Source: Nitrospirales bacterium
GTDB taxonomy: Bacteria > Nitrospirota > Nitrospiria > Nitrospirales > UBA8639
Assembly: GCA_963555755.3 (NCBI GenBank)
Contig: OY820905.2
Span: 1,184,001 to 1,248,000 of the forward strand
Direction: 5' to 3'
Length of the DNA: 64,000 nt
Below, in pieces: positions 32,590 to 42,293 of this stretch. The translations under genes and the position numbers were made by a program. The notes beneath the pieces were generated by a model. It did not search any database and was not told the origin of the DNA. It worked only from the letters and a program-made list of their open reading frames with translations. Position 1 is the stretch's first letter; each line of letters starts with the position of its first letter.

Positions 32590-33780
32590 TTAATTTGCGC
32601 GAGCCCTAAGCACATGTTCAAAAAACGGCCGATGCCGAAGAGCCTGCAGTGTGGGGACTTCCAACCCTTTGTGTTGGATCAACACCTTAAAGGTCGTGCC
32701 CATGCCCTGAGGCCGTAACAGTTGCACGACCGCCTGCACCTCTTTGGACTCTTGATCATATCCGGCGACCATTTCATCAATACCCAGGCTCATGAGAAAA
32801 TGCATCAGATTGGTAAACCCCGTGAGCGACAAACCGGCCTGCTCGCCAACCTGGGCCAAGCTGGAAAAATTCACATGCGCGGTCATGTCTTGATCACCAA
32901 TCCGTTCATAGGGGTTGGCCGCGACCGTATGACGGTAATAACAGAGCAGTGTCCCGTCTTTCCTCATGGGTGAAACATAATCCGAACTCGTATGTCCATA
33001 ATCGATGGTGACCCCCACCCCACGACGCAACACACGCGCCACCTGCTGCATCCAGTCCACCGCATTCAGATTGATTTCCGTGGTAAACCCAACAGGCAAA
33101 TCAACATCGAGAGCTTTGAGCGAATTCGACAACTCATCGGTTGAAGGGGCTTCAAGTTGCTCGACAAACTGGCCACCCACATGGTTGACATAGATTTCTT
33201 TCAATCCTTCACTGGTCATGCGAACTCGATTGACCGGGAACGCATCCACCAATTCATTCGACAACACCATGCCTACCAAAGAGTCGTCGTCCAACACTCC
33301 GAGATTTGATGCCCAAATAATCTTTGCCGTTTTGGAATTGGCCTCCAACATCCGCTCCTGAAGCCTTCGTAGATAGGGGCTACTCTCCACCAAGATGATG
33401 GAAAGCCTAGCACACAGTCCAGGATCGAGCCGCGTCACTTCATCTAACACATCCTTAATACATCGGCCTTCTCCCGGTCCCATCTCAAGAAGCGTGAATT
33501 CCGTAGGCTGCTCTAACAATTCATCAATCTCTTGCAACTGACGAGCAAGACACTTGGCGAGGAAAGGAGACAGACACGGAGCAGTGTAATAATCTCCCCC
33601 ATCCATCCCTATTGGTGAATCGGAATTTTCTCCGCTACAACGATCGCCCCCTGTCATGTAATACCCATGGTCTGGATCATACAGAGCCATCTCCATAAAC
33701 TGGGCAAAGGTAAGCGGATGACCCGCTTCACGGATACGAGAAGAAATTTTTTGTGATAATGGAGTCACAATAATTCCCAA
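32590..33780 (-). CDS. MidA/NDUFAF7-family SAM-dependent methyltransferase
   Basis: FAQFMEMALY.P..GYY, DYYTAP, EMGPGEG, SNELVDAFP, IDYG, QDMTAHVNF, GMGTTFKVL. Confidence 0.88.
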   Translation of the reverse strand: MGIIVTPLSQKISSRIREAGHPLTFAQFMEMALYDPDHGYYMTGGDRCSGENSDSPIGMDGGDYYTAPCLSPFLAKCLARQLQEIDELLEQPTEFTLLEMGPGEGRCIKDVLDEVTRLDPGLCARLSIILVESSPYLRRLQERMLEANSKTAKIIWASNLGVLDDDSLVGMVLSNELVDAFPVNRVRMTSEGLKEIYVNHVGGQFVEQLEAPSTDELSNSLKALDVDLPVGFTTEINLNAVDWMQQVARVLRRGVGVTIDYGHTSSDYVSPMRKDGTLLCYYRHTVAANPYERIGDQDMTAHVNFSSLAQVGEQAGLSLTGFTNLMHFLMSLGIDEMVAGYDQESKEVQAVVQLLRPQGMGTTFKVLIQHKGLEVPTLQALRHRPFFEHVLRARAN

Positions 33781-34138
33781 AAAATCCAGGGCTTAAGACA
33801 CAAACCATCCTCGGACCCATAAGCCTAGGCCCATAGGGGTAAGGAGGAATACCTTAGCTTCCAATCCAGGGAATAGTCAAGAGAAGAGACCATTCGCAGC
33901 AATACGGGAAAGTGAGAAAAATCAATACTTTGGGTCGCATGAAAACTCCGCAACACGTTCACGGGATATCAAAAAATTGAAGAATGGGATTTGAAGAATT
34001 GGGTCAGAAAAAATTTCTTGAAATACGTTTTTTGCAGGTGTGGTCTGGGAATGACAGTACCACAGGGGGAGCCTTCACAAAGGGGGCGAGCCCTCCCTCT
34101 AAGATTAGGGAGGTTTGAACTCTTACCTGTGGTGTGGA

Positions 34139-34501
34139 TTACTTCACTTGCTTCAAATGCACGATAGCCTCTTCCACAGCCTTCGTTCCACCACCAACGA
34201 GCCCCATTTCTCCATAGCTCACGGCACTATCGAGTTTTTCAATAGCCACCTTGAGGTGAGGATTGGGGGATTCCTGTTGTGCCATTTTTGCATGCTCTAA
34301 CGCCACTCCGGCATGTTTCGCCACTTCCTTGCCATGTCCCATGTTTCCATGTTCAACCGCTTCCATCGCATGCAAAATGGCTTCCTGAACATGGCTCCCA
34401 CCGCCGCCAGCTCCATAGTGCTCACAGGAAACCATAAGACTCAAAAGTCCGACCATAGCACCCATTATGAAAACTGATCTCAACACATGGGAAAGACTCA
34501 T
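34139..34501 (-). CDS. Small metal-binding protein (SmbP-like), possible lipoprotein
   Basis: His-periodic helices HVQEAILHAMEAVEHG..GH...HA..ALEHAK...EAIVHL after a signal peptide ending LMVSC. Confidence 0.75.
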   Translation of the reverse strand: MSLSHVLRSVFIMGAMVGLLSLMVSCEHYGAGGGGSHVQEAILHAMEAVEHGNMGHGKEVAKHAGVALEHAKMAQQESPNPHLKVAIEKLDSAVSYGEMGLVGGGTKAVEEAIVHLKQVK

Positions 34502-34732
34502 AAGGAACTCCCTGGTACCATGAATGAAGTACATGAATTATGCTCCTGGTTATGATGCAAAATATTCGGGCATTTTAAACTTTACCAATCCGTTTATCCA
34601 CTATTTCCTTACGCTCTACTTCCACCGTCATGAGCACGCTCCCCTGCCCTGACTCGTGCCTCTGAGATTCTCCAGGTGGGCTCGATCCGAGACTTTGCTA
34701 CTGCGGACTGAAAGGAGATCACGTTCCTGTAT

Positions 34733-34854
34733 GGGAATGTTGAAAAAAGCCGCCAGCGGCGTTCTCGCCCTTTTGCCGTGCTCACGTACTGAGAGTACGC
34801 TCCGCGCGTCAAAAGGGCTGCGGCCTTGCTGGACGGACTTTTTTGAACATTCCC
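34733..34854 (-). mobile_element. Family E element, copy 2 (possibly extending to 34923)
   Basis: gggaatgttgaaaaa...tttttgaacattccc; a second end-like ttcaacagacccc at 34911-34923 with GTAT on both outer flanks. Confidence 0.8.
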
Positions 34855-35208
34855 TCTCACTGATGTTGGTCGTCTGTCCTGGCGCATTTGTGGGCTTTTG
34901 GCACGAAATATTCAACAGACCCCGTATCGCACACTGTACAACCTGTAATCCTCGCCCATCATTCCTCGCAATGGGGCAGTTGCATTCTATGTATTCCCAA
35001 GAGGCTGGCGCTGCTTTCATACCAACAGGAGATGAGACAGTGAGATGGAACGTACCGTGAGGAACCCATAGGGTCAGACAAGATTTATTGAAAAACTATG
35101 GACTCTTTCACCAAAATTCCATATTAATTCGAGTCTGACCCCATTTTTAAGTCTTACAAAGGAGGGGGCTGTTCTTCCACACCATGGGACTGACTTGTTT
35201 CGCTTGGA

Positions 35209-36192
35209 TCAACTGAGAATCAGGTATATTAAGGTAGCTAAGAGACCTGCTCCTGGGAGGGTACACAGCCAGGCGTACATAATCCGCTTGGTTACGCCCC
35301 ATTTAACCGCGGACAGGCCCCTCACGGCTCCAACCCCCATAATGGATGACGTAATCGTGTGCGTCGTACTCACAGGCAGGCCGATATGCGCGGCGGCCAT
35401 GAGTACCACGCCGGCTCCGGTTTCCGCCACAAACCCGTGGACGGGTTCGAGTTTGACGATGTTCATCCCCAAGGTCTTGATGATCTTCCATCCTCCCATC
35501 ATGGTTCCCAGACCCATTGCCAACGCACAGGAGACGATCACCCATGTGGGAACCTCAGCCGTAGGAATCTGACCCGACGACAGAAGGGCCAGCGTAATGA
35601 TGCCCATGGCCTTTTGCGCATCATTGGCTCCATGACTCAAGGCCATAAAGCCCGCTGAGGCTATCTGCAGTTTACGAAACAACCACACCCCGAAACCTCG
35701 CTGGGTTCGATAAAATACCCAACTGATTATCACCATCAGTAAAAACGCCATGATGAACCCAAACAGCGGAGAAAAAATCAGCGCCTGCAGAACTTTGAAG
35801 AGTCCTGAGATCTTCACGACACTCACACCGCCATGGATGAGCCCCGCTCCTACCAATCCTCCGATTAACGCGTGAGAGGAGCTCGAGGGCAATCCCATTT
35901 GCAAGGTCAGAAAATTCCAAATGATGGCTCCTCCTAAGGCGGCGATAACCACCACCTCCGTCACTGAGCTCGGGTCAACGATGCCCTTTCCAATGGTTAT
36001 GGCCACAGCAGTGGACAGAAAGGCGCCGGCCACATTTAAGACACCTGCCATGAGCACGGCCGTTAACGGGCTCAAGACCCGAGTCGAGACGACCGTGGCA
36101 ATCGCATTGGCACTGTCATGCCACCCATTAGAAAAATCAAACACCAGGGCCAGGATGACTACCAGGATGAGCATGGTGCTAAAGTCAAACAT
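35209..36192 (-). CDS. pit: Inorganic phosphate transporter (PiT family)
   Basis: NGWHDSANAIAT, PSSSSHALIG, HGANDAQK, PVSTTH. Confidence 0.95.
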   Translation of the reverse strand: MFDFSTMLILVVILALVFDFSNGWHDSANAIATVVSTRVLSPLTAVLMAGVLNVAGAFLSTAVAITIGKGIVDPSSVTEVVVIAALGGAIIWNFLTLQMGLPSSSSHALIGGLVGAGLIHGGVSVVKISGLFKVLQALIFSPLFGFIMAFLLMVIISWVFYRTQRGFGVWLFRKLQIASAGFMALSHGANDAQKAMGIITLALLSSGQIPTAEVPTWVIVSCALAMGLGTMMGGWKIIKTLGMNIVKLEPVHGFVAETGAGVVLMAAAHIGLPVSTTHTITSSIMGVGAVRGLSAVKWGVTKRIMYAWLCTLPGAGLLATLIYLILS

Positions 36193-36299
36193 CAGCCTGT
36201 ACCTGATAAAATTGGTTGAAGAACAAGAACGTAGACTGAGCCATAGTTTTCTGATGACATCCTTTCACTGAATGAATAGGTTGAACAGGTAGGTTATTA

Positions 36300-36456
36300 G
36301 GGTTCGCACAAGATTAATTTCCCCTGTTTGGGCGTTGATCCATCCGGTCTGGCGGCGTTGCTCGTCCTTTCCATACGAGGAGTATGCGCAGTCCTCACGC
36401 CTTGCCAGACAGGCGTCTCAGCACCCAAACAGGGGAAATTAATCTTTCACGAACCC
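36300..36456 (-). mobile_element. Family A element, copy 5 (TTA direct repeats)
   Basis: TTA at 36297-36299 and 36457-36459; arms agattaatttcccc / ggggaaattaatct. Confidence 0.92.
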
Positions 36457-36462
36457 TTACCG

Positions 36463-37080
36463 TCACGTGGCTTTGAGGGAAATGCGTTCCAAGACATTCG
36501 ACACATCCTCGCAACAATCGGTGCCGATCTCGAAACTCTCGTAAATTTCCTTCCATTTCATGACCATAATCGGATCCTTTTCCTCCTCGAACAACCTCGA
36601 GATGGCGTTCCGACTCACCCGGTCTGCTTCATTTTCCAAACTATTCACCTGGATATTGAATTGAGACGCATCAAGGTTCCCCTGTGCGAGATTTTCGACC
36701 CCTACCCCCACTGCCTTAGAAGCCTTGTACAAAATGTCTGCCAACTGTACGGCCGTGTCAGTAGGCTTGCTGATTTTATAGATCAGAAACAGATCAGCCA
36801 CCGCATCGATTTCATCTAAGACATCATCCAACGCACTGGTTAAATCGTGAATATCCTCACGATCGAGAGGCGTGATAAAGGTCTGATTGAGTCTTCGGAC
36901 AATGTCGTGGGTGATATCGTCCCCTTGATGCTCAACGTCTTTAATCCGACCAACTTTCTCTTGGACATCCTGATAATCATCCATCAATTCCTTGAGCAGC
37001 CGCCCCCCTTCAATCACATTTTTGGAAGACTGTTGAAATAGGCTGAAAAAATCTTCTTCTCGCGGCATGAAATTAAACAT
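36463..37080 (-). CDS. DUF47 / PhoU-like phosphate transport regulator
   Basis: EHQGDDITH, TFITPLDREDI, ENEAD, KWKEIY; upstream of pit. Confidence 0.92.
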   Translation of the reverse strand: MFNFMPREEDFFSLFQQSSKNVIEGGRLLKELMDDYQDVQEKVGRIKDVEHQGDDITHDIVRRLNQTFITPLDREDIHDLTSALDDVLDEIDAVADLFLIYKISKPTDTAVQLADILYKASKAVGVGVENLAQGNLDASQFNIQVNSLENEADRVSRNAISRLFEEEKDPIMVMKWKEIYESFEIGTDCCEDVSNVLERISLKAT

Positions 37081-37466
37081 GTCCCTGGATTCTCCTTTTA
37101 CTCACGGCTTAGAAGAAAATACCGTCCTGACAGATGACGCATCTCCCTATTTTCAAGAATGAAGCTGCACTTTTTACCACATTTTTTTCGAATAAATCCA
37201 ATCGGGCCGAGGCAGGAAACCTTTTCAGGCGGGATTCATCGACCCAATCGTGTATCAGAAGACAATTCGATCCCGTCTACGGCACAGGGTTGTAGCATAT
37301 TTTGCTCTGGCTGTCTTTAAATTGAAGGCAAATTTGTGGTGAGGGATTGTCATACATGAAAACGGCAAATTTACCCAACCCTACCGTGCCATACCCTTTG
37401 CCCTTGCAATACTCCCAACCTTCCTGCTGGCCGCTTGACTGTACTTTCATCAGGACCAAAGCTGGC

Positions 37467-37516
37467 TTCAACCTCGAAACGGCAGTTTGGCGCCAAACTA
37501 CCGTTTCGAGGTTGAA
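37467..37516. repeat. Near-perfect 50-bp palindrome (collapsed B-like element)
   Basis: ttcaacctcgaaacggcagtttggcgccaaactaccgtttcgaggttgaa; arm resembles B end acctagaaacggtagttgggcgc. Confidence 0.75.
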
Positions 37517-37629
37517 TATTTCGCACCTGACTGGCACTCTTGCCAGTCAAGACCGAAACAAACTATTTACACTCCCATTGCTCATCCCTTTCATCAAAGG
37601 GAAAAAGCTATTGAGAAGGAAAAATTTTT

Positions 37630-37959
37630 ATGGAGATTGACCCATCCAGCTTAGATCGCATTGTAGCCTTTGCAGAATTTCTTCAACGCGCGAAGGAAGC
37701 CGGCGCCAAGCTCTCGTTTGTCAGTACACCCACCGAACACGGCGATAATATTACGGCCACCGCCACCATCAATGACGAACGAACAAACATCGGCCTTCTG
37801 TTTTGGGATGTCAGCCTGCTTCAAGAACGTGGGCTGGTTGATACACTGGAAGAAGACGACCTTGCCCTAGGCATGACCATCACCGATGGGATGGTCGAGG
37901 ATGCGGAAAAAATTCTCTCCTTTGCTAAAACCGAGTCCGCAAAAATTGGGAATCCATGA
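37630..37959 (+). CDS. Hypothetical protein
   Basis: 109-aa acidic ORF with upstream GAAGGA. Confidence 0.65.
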   Translation: MEIDPSSLDRIVAFAEFLQRAKEAGAKLSFVSTPTEHGDNITATATINDERTNIGLLFWDVSLLQERGLVDTLEEDDLALGMTITDGMVEDAEKILSFAKTESAKIGNP

Positions 37960-38062
37960 AAAGCCCAACGGTGGTGTCCCAGGACTCTACCTCCCCTTCC
38001 ACATTCTAATAAAGGAGGAAATTTGCACCTCTATCGTAATAATAATGAGGAAGGATACGTGC

Positions 38063-38428
38063 ATGCCACAACTCATTGAACAGCCTAGCGTCATCCCTCC
38101 CCCCGGCAACAACCCCAAACTCATTGAAGAGTATTCAGGACGAGTCACGACCAAGACGGACGACGTAAGCATTGCAAGGATTGTGTGTCCACCTGGATGG
38201 ACAGAGGTGGGACAGTGCCCTGAGTTTACCGAGACCAAGGTCATCCTCAAGGGCATGCTGCAAGTCGAACACAAGGATGGGGTTATGTTAGTCCGTGTCG
38301 GCCAAGCCGTGATTTGTCACCCGACTGAATGGGTGCGATACAGTGCGTGTCCCACAGAGGGCGCAGAATATGTCGCGGTATGCGTCCCGGCCTTTTCACC
38401 TTCGACCGTCCACCGTGATCCAGAATAA
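38063..38428 (+). CDS. Cupin-domain protein
   Basis: PKLIEEY.GRV, GWTEVGQCPEFTE, EWVRYS, YVAVCVPAFSP. Confidence 0.85.
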   Translation: MPQLIEQPSVIPPPGNNPKLIEEYSGRVTTKTDDVSIARIVCPPGWTEVGQCPEFTETKVILKGMLQVEHKDGVMLVRVGQAVICHPTEWVRYSACPTEGAEYVAVCVPAFSPSTVHRDPE

Positions 38429-38817
38429 GACCGAAGATGGAGCCCGGTCTAGGCAAAACATATCATTACTCCCTTTGCCTAACCCATTTGCCCTGAGCAT
38501 ATCGAAGGGTAAGGGGGGCAGGACATAGGGTAAAGTAGAGCACTGGTGCTCTACTCTACCAAAATTCTGACCCCACATTTGCTTCGCAGCTTTTGGCCGG
38601 GATTCCGGTTCAGTTTCGGAGCCGACACTTCCCCTTTGCCCAGTTCCCCCACTCACACACCGTAATGGAGCGACATGCTGGCCCGATCCTGGGAAAATGG
38701 GCCGGTCAGACCCTCCTCACAGGATGCACCCCCGCATTTCAGACGGCGGAGTCTGCGGATTGCCCCTTCACCGCGTCCTTTGGAACTTTGCTGTTCGGTC
38801 ACACAGGCCTTTCTATT

Positions 38818-38941
38818 CCCGAACCCCGGAGAATGGCAAGTGACGGTCGAAACCGAAGACGAACGGATTATCGGAAAGACGACATTTTTAGTCGAACCAG
38901 ATGACAGAGTATTTCGACGAGTAGAGACATTGGTATATTAG
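38818..38941 (+). pseudogene. Orphan 3' fragment resembling a DUF2914 C-terminus
   Basis: PGEWQVTVETEDERIIGKTTFLV motif with no matching N-terminal part; stop TAG overlaps the first base of an A element. Confidence 0.5.
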
Positions 38942-39097
38942 GGCTCGCGCACAAATAGCTTCCCCTGTTTGGGCGCCGATCCATCCTGTCTGGCGGCGTT
39001 GCTCGTCCTTTCCATACGAGGAGTATGCGCAATCCTCGCGCCTTGCCAACCAGGCGTTTCAGCACCCAAACAGGGAAAGATATTTTTGCGCGAGCCC
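38941..39097 (-). mobile_element. Family A element, copy 6 (tandem)
   Basis: TTA-A-TTA-A-TTA arrangement. Confidence 0.92.
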
Positions 39098-39100
39098 TTA

Positions 39101-39257
39101 GGGTTCGCGCAAGAATAACTCCCCATGTTTGGGCGTCGATCCATCCCGTCTGGCGGCGTTGCTCGTCCTTTCCATGCGAGGAGGATGCGCAGTCCTCGCG
39201 CCTCGCCAGACAAGCGTCTCAGCACCCAAACATGGGGAGTTATTCTTGCGCGAACCC
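39101..39257 (-). mobile_element. Family A element, copy 7 (tandem)
   Basis: Perfect arms gggttcgcgcaagaataactccccatgtttggg / cccaaacatggggagttattcttgcgcgaaccc. Confidence 0.92.
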
Positions 39258-39264
39258 TTAGCGG

Positions 39265-39672
39265 TCATTCATATCGATACCCGCCGCTGATGTGCCGTTC
39301 GAATGTTGAGGATAAACCACGGTGATCTCGGTAAATTGACGACTCTACGATATCCTTATTTTTAGGCGCGATCTCCCCTGCCATAGTAAAATGTTTCTTG
39401 GCTTGCTCATGCAGTCCAAGCTTATGTTCCGTGAGGGCGAGATTAAAGAACGCTTCCGGCAATGTTGAATCGGCTCGCGTCGCTGCTTCGAAACGGCTTT
39501 TCGCTTCTTGCCACTTCCCATCATTGTATAATTGTATTCCTTCAAGATTGTGCTGAGCAGCCGTCGGGCTCGATATGGGCAGGACCGCTAAAGGACCAGA
39601 CTTTGTCGCACATCCTGCGAGCATGGCGAGGAATACAAAGACCATGAGGCCTTGAATCATTCTGTATGGCAT
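39265..39672 (-). CDS. TPR-repeat lipoprotein
   Basis: Lipobox LAGC; TPR helices HNLEGIQLY...EAFFNLAL. Confidence 0.8.
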   Translation of the reverse strand: MPYRMIQGLMVFVFLAMLAGCATKSGPLAVLPISSPTAAQHNLEGIQLYNDGKWQEAKSRFEAATRADSTLPEAFFNLALTEHKLGLHEQAKKHFTMAGEIAPKNKDIVESSIYRDHRGLSSTFERHISGGYRYE

Positions 39673-39857
39673 ACCCTACCCTCCAATAGTTTTCCGTTTA
39701 CGCGCGCCCCTCACCTCAGTCCTCTCCCCCCAAAAGGGGGCGAGGAGGTATGGGGAAGCCTTCATATCACATGAGCACGTTCTCGATTTTTTTTCAAACC
39801 CACTACTCAGGTGCCTGCCATTGTAGATAGAACGGCATTACGATACCATGCCGCATC

Positions 39858-41252
39858 ATGACTTATGATGTGTTAATTGTTGGTGGAGGGTCTGCAGGCT
39901 ATGCAGCGGCGCGAACGGCTCGCGACGAAGGGGCGAACGTTGGCATTATCGACCAGGGACCTCTGGGAGGTTTGTGTATTTTACGCGGATGCATGCCCAC
40001 CAAGACGATCTTGCGCTCCTCTGACATCATGTCGCTTATGAAGCGTGCTGAAGAATTCGGCTTACATCCAGTTTCGGCGAAAGCCAATCTCTCGGCGATT
40101 ATTGATCGCAAGGCTCGACTCATTGGTGAGTTTGCCGATGACCGAATTCAGGCGTTGAAAGATTCGCGTTTCACCTTGTACGAAGATCGAGCAAGGTTTC
40201 TTTCACCACAGGAAGTTCAAGTTGGGCCTCGAACACTCAAGGCCAACACCATAATCCTTGCTACCGGCTCGGTGGTGTCGCGTATCCCAATCCCCGGCCT
40301 TGAAGAAGTCGGGTATATCACGAGTGATGAGGCCTTGGAGTTACGTGACTTGCCTCAGTCCATGATCGTGTTGGGTGGCGGACCTGTCGCCATCGAACTC
40401 GCCCAATTTTACTCCCGCATTGGGACCAAGGTCACTCTCCTCCAACGAAGCGCCCATATTATGTCCAGCGGAGACGAAGACGTGGCGATTCCGGTCGAAA
40501 CTCGATTCCGGGAAGAAGGCATGACCGTGTTCACCAACACTCAACTTCATCGGGTTACAAAAAATGGCACACAGAAGGTCGCGCACTTCTCACACGAGGG
40601 GCAAGAAAAAACCATCGCCGCGGATGTCGTGCTCCAAGCTCTTGGCCGACAACCGAATATCGACAGTCTAAACCTTGAAGCGGCAGGGATTGAAACACAG
40701 AACGGCAAATTCGCGGTAGATGATGCGATGCGCACCAATCAACCGCATATCTTTGCCGTGGGTGACGTGAACGGCATGCATGAGATTGTGCACATTGCGA
40801 TTGAACAGGGAGAAATCGCCGGCTGGAATGCCGTGCACCCGAACGACTCATCACGAAAGTATGACGATAGACTGAAAACGCAAGTCGTCTTTACCGACCC
40901 CCAAGTCGCCAGCGTGGGTTTGAGCGAAAAAGAATGCCGGAGAGAGAACATGGCTTACATGACCGCATCGTATCCGTTTAACGACCATGGAAAATCCATG
41001 ACGCTTGGTGAAACCCATGGTCATGTCAAACTCCTAGCCGATCCTCTCACCGGGACAATCCTTGGCGCTCATATCGTCGGCCCCGAAGCCGCCGAACTCA
41101 TTCATGAACTCATCGCCGTAATGTATTTCCATGGCACAGTTTATGACCTGATGCGCATGCCTCACTATCATCCCACCCTATCCGAAATCATCACCTATCC
41201 AGCCGAAGAATTGCTAGCACGCATACCAAAGCCTGCAAATCGCCTTTCATGA
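39858..41252 (+). CDS. Pyridine nucleotide-disulfide oxidoreductase (dihydrolipoamide dehydrogenase-like)
   Basis: GGGSAG, GGLCILRGCMPTK redox disulfide, GGGPVAIE, AVGD, HPTLSE. Confidence 0.9.
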   Translation: MTYDVLIVGGGSAGYAAARTARDEGANVGIIDQGPLGGLCILRGCMPTKTILRSSDIMSLMKRAEEFGLHPVSAKANLSAIIDRKARLIGEFADDRIQALKDSRFTLYEDRARFLSPQEVQVGPRTLKANTIILATGSVVSRIPIPGLEEVGYITSDEALELRDLPQSMIVLGGGPVAIELAQFYSRIGTKVTLLQRSAHIMSSGDEDVAIPVETRFREEGMTVFTNTQLHRVTKNGTQKVAHFSHEGQEKTIAADVVLQALGRQPNIDSLNLEAAGIETQNGKFAVDDAMRTNQPHIFAVGDVNGMHEIVHIAIEQGEIAGWNAVHPNDSSRKYDDRLKTQVVFTDPQVASVGLSEKECRRENMAYMTASYPFNDHGKSMTLGETHGHVKLLADPLTGTILGAHIVGPEAAELIHELIAVMYFHGTVYDLMRMPHYHPTLSEIITYPAEELLARIPKPANRLS

Positions 41253-41295
41253 AGCCAGCCCGCAAATAGGTTTCGTCCATGTAACCTAGAAACCG

Positions 41296-42216
41296 CTAAT
41301 AATTTTTTAGGAGCATATCATCAGAGATTTTTTTTCCTGGCAAGTCATTCACTCTACGTTCCTCAATACTTCTAGCGATTTTTTGTATGGGTTTTACTAG
41401 CCCCTTGCCAGCGAACACATATTCGATCCATCCTTTTTCTTTTATCCTTTTCCTTAACGCATCCACAGATAACCGATTGGGAAGTCTCAATGCTGTTGGA
41501 CTTTTCTTTGCTTTGAATAACAATTTGAGATTTGAGGTTGTGTCTATCGTGAGCACATCAAAATAACAACTGGCACATGACACCAAGGTGTCGATACTAA
41601 AATATACAATATGCGCCTTGAAATAGGTGTTGTGCGGGGAGGCATCGTTTGTTTCAATCCAGGGAACCTCAACAAACAGAACCCCGTGTTCATTCAACGA
41701 ATGATACAGTTTTTCCATTGCAACGAGTGGAGAGGCCAAATGCTCAAGAACATGAAACATTGTTATGACATCAGACTGTCCCCGCAAGCTTTCGATTCCA
41801 CCGGTTTCAATTGTGCAACCATATTCGTTCTTGGCATATTCAGAATAGCCAATGTTTGGTTCGAGTCCTTTTGAATCAAACCCCATTTTGCCTGACAAAT
41901 AGACAAACTCTCCCCCCCCGGCTCCAACATCAATTAACGTTCCTGCTGTCACGGAATGTTTGTGAAGAAAGTTGATTCGGTGTATGGCTGTCTTTGCTGC
42001 ACGATATACATGTTTTGGCTTTGGAGAATATGTTTTTTTATAATCCGCGCGATAGTTGTGGGAGTAATATATTTTGAGCTCATCCGTAGGTGGAATTGGA
42101 GTTTGTTGGACCAGACCACAATGTGTACATATTGACACCACCAATCTTTCAGAAGATTTAGCATCGACTTCCGAAACCGTCTCGAACGAGACTTTCTTGC
42201 ACAACACACAACTCAT
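41296..42216 (-). CDS. Class I SAM-dependent methyltransferase with N-terminal Cys motifs
   Basis: CVLC...CTHCGL, LIDVGAGGG, ITMFHVLEHL, FVEVP; visibly AT-rich. Confidence 0.85.
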   Translation of the reverse strand: MSCVLCKKVSFETVSEVDAKSSERLVVSICTHCGLVQQTPIPPTDELKIYYSHNYRADYKKTYSPKPKHVYRAAKTAIHRINFLHKHSVTAGTLIDVGAGGGEFVYLSGKMGFDSKGLEPNIGYSEYAKNEYGCTIETGGIESLRGQSDVITMFHVLEHLASPLVAMEKLYHSLNEHGVLFVEVPWIETNDASPHNTYFKAHIVYFSIDTLVSCASCYFDVLTIDTTSNLKLLFKAKKSPTALRLPNRLSVDALRKRIKEKGWIEYVFAGKGLVKPIQKIARSIEERRVNDLPGKKISDDMLLKNY

Positions 42217-42246
42217 CAGGACTCCACAGTCTTTTTTCTATGGCGC

Positions 42247-42273
42247 ACATGGAAAGTTATTTTTGCGCGAGCC
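42247..42273. repeat. Solo family-A terminus
   Basis: acatggaaagttatttttgcgcgagcc followed by TTA. Confidence 0.65.
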
Positions 42274-42293
42274 TTAAGATACTTGAGCGGTTT

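Noticed and set aside
39858..41252. Mercuric reductase MerA
   Set aside because: No C-terminal Cys-Cys pair, no N-terminal HMA domain and no mer genes nearby; HPTLSE indicates the LpdA-like group
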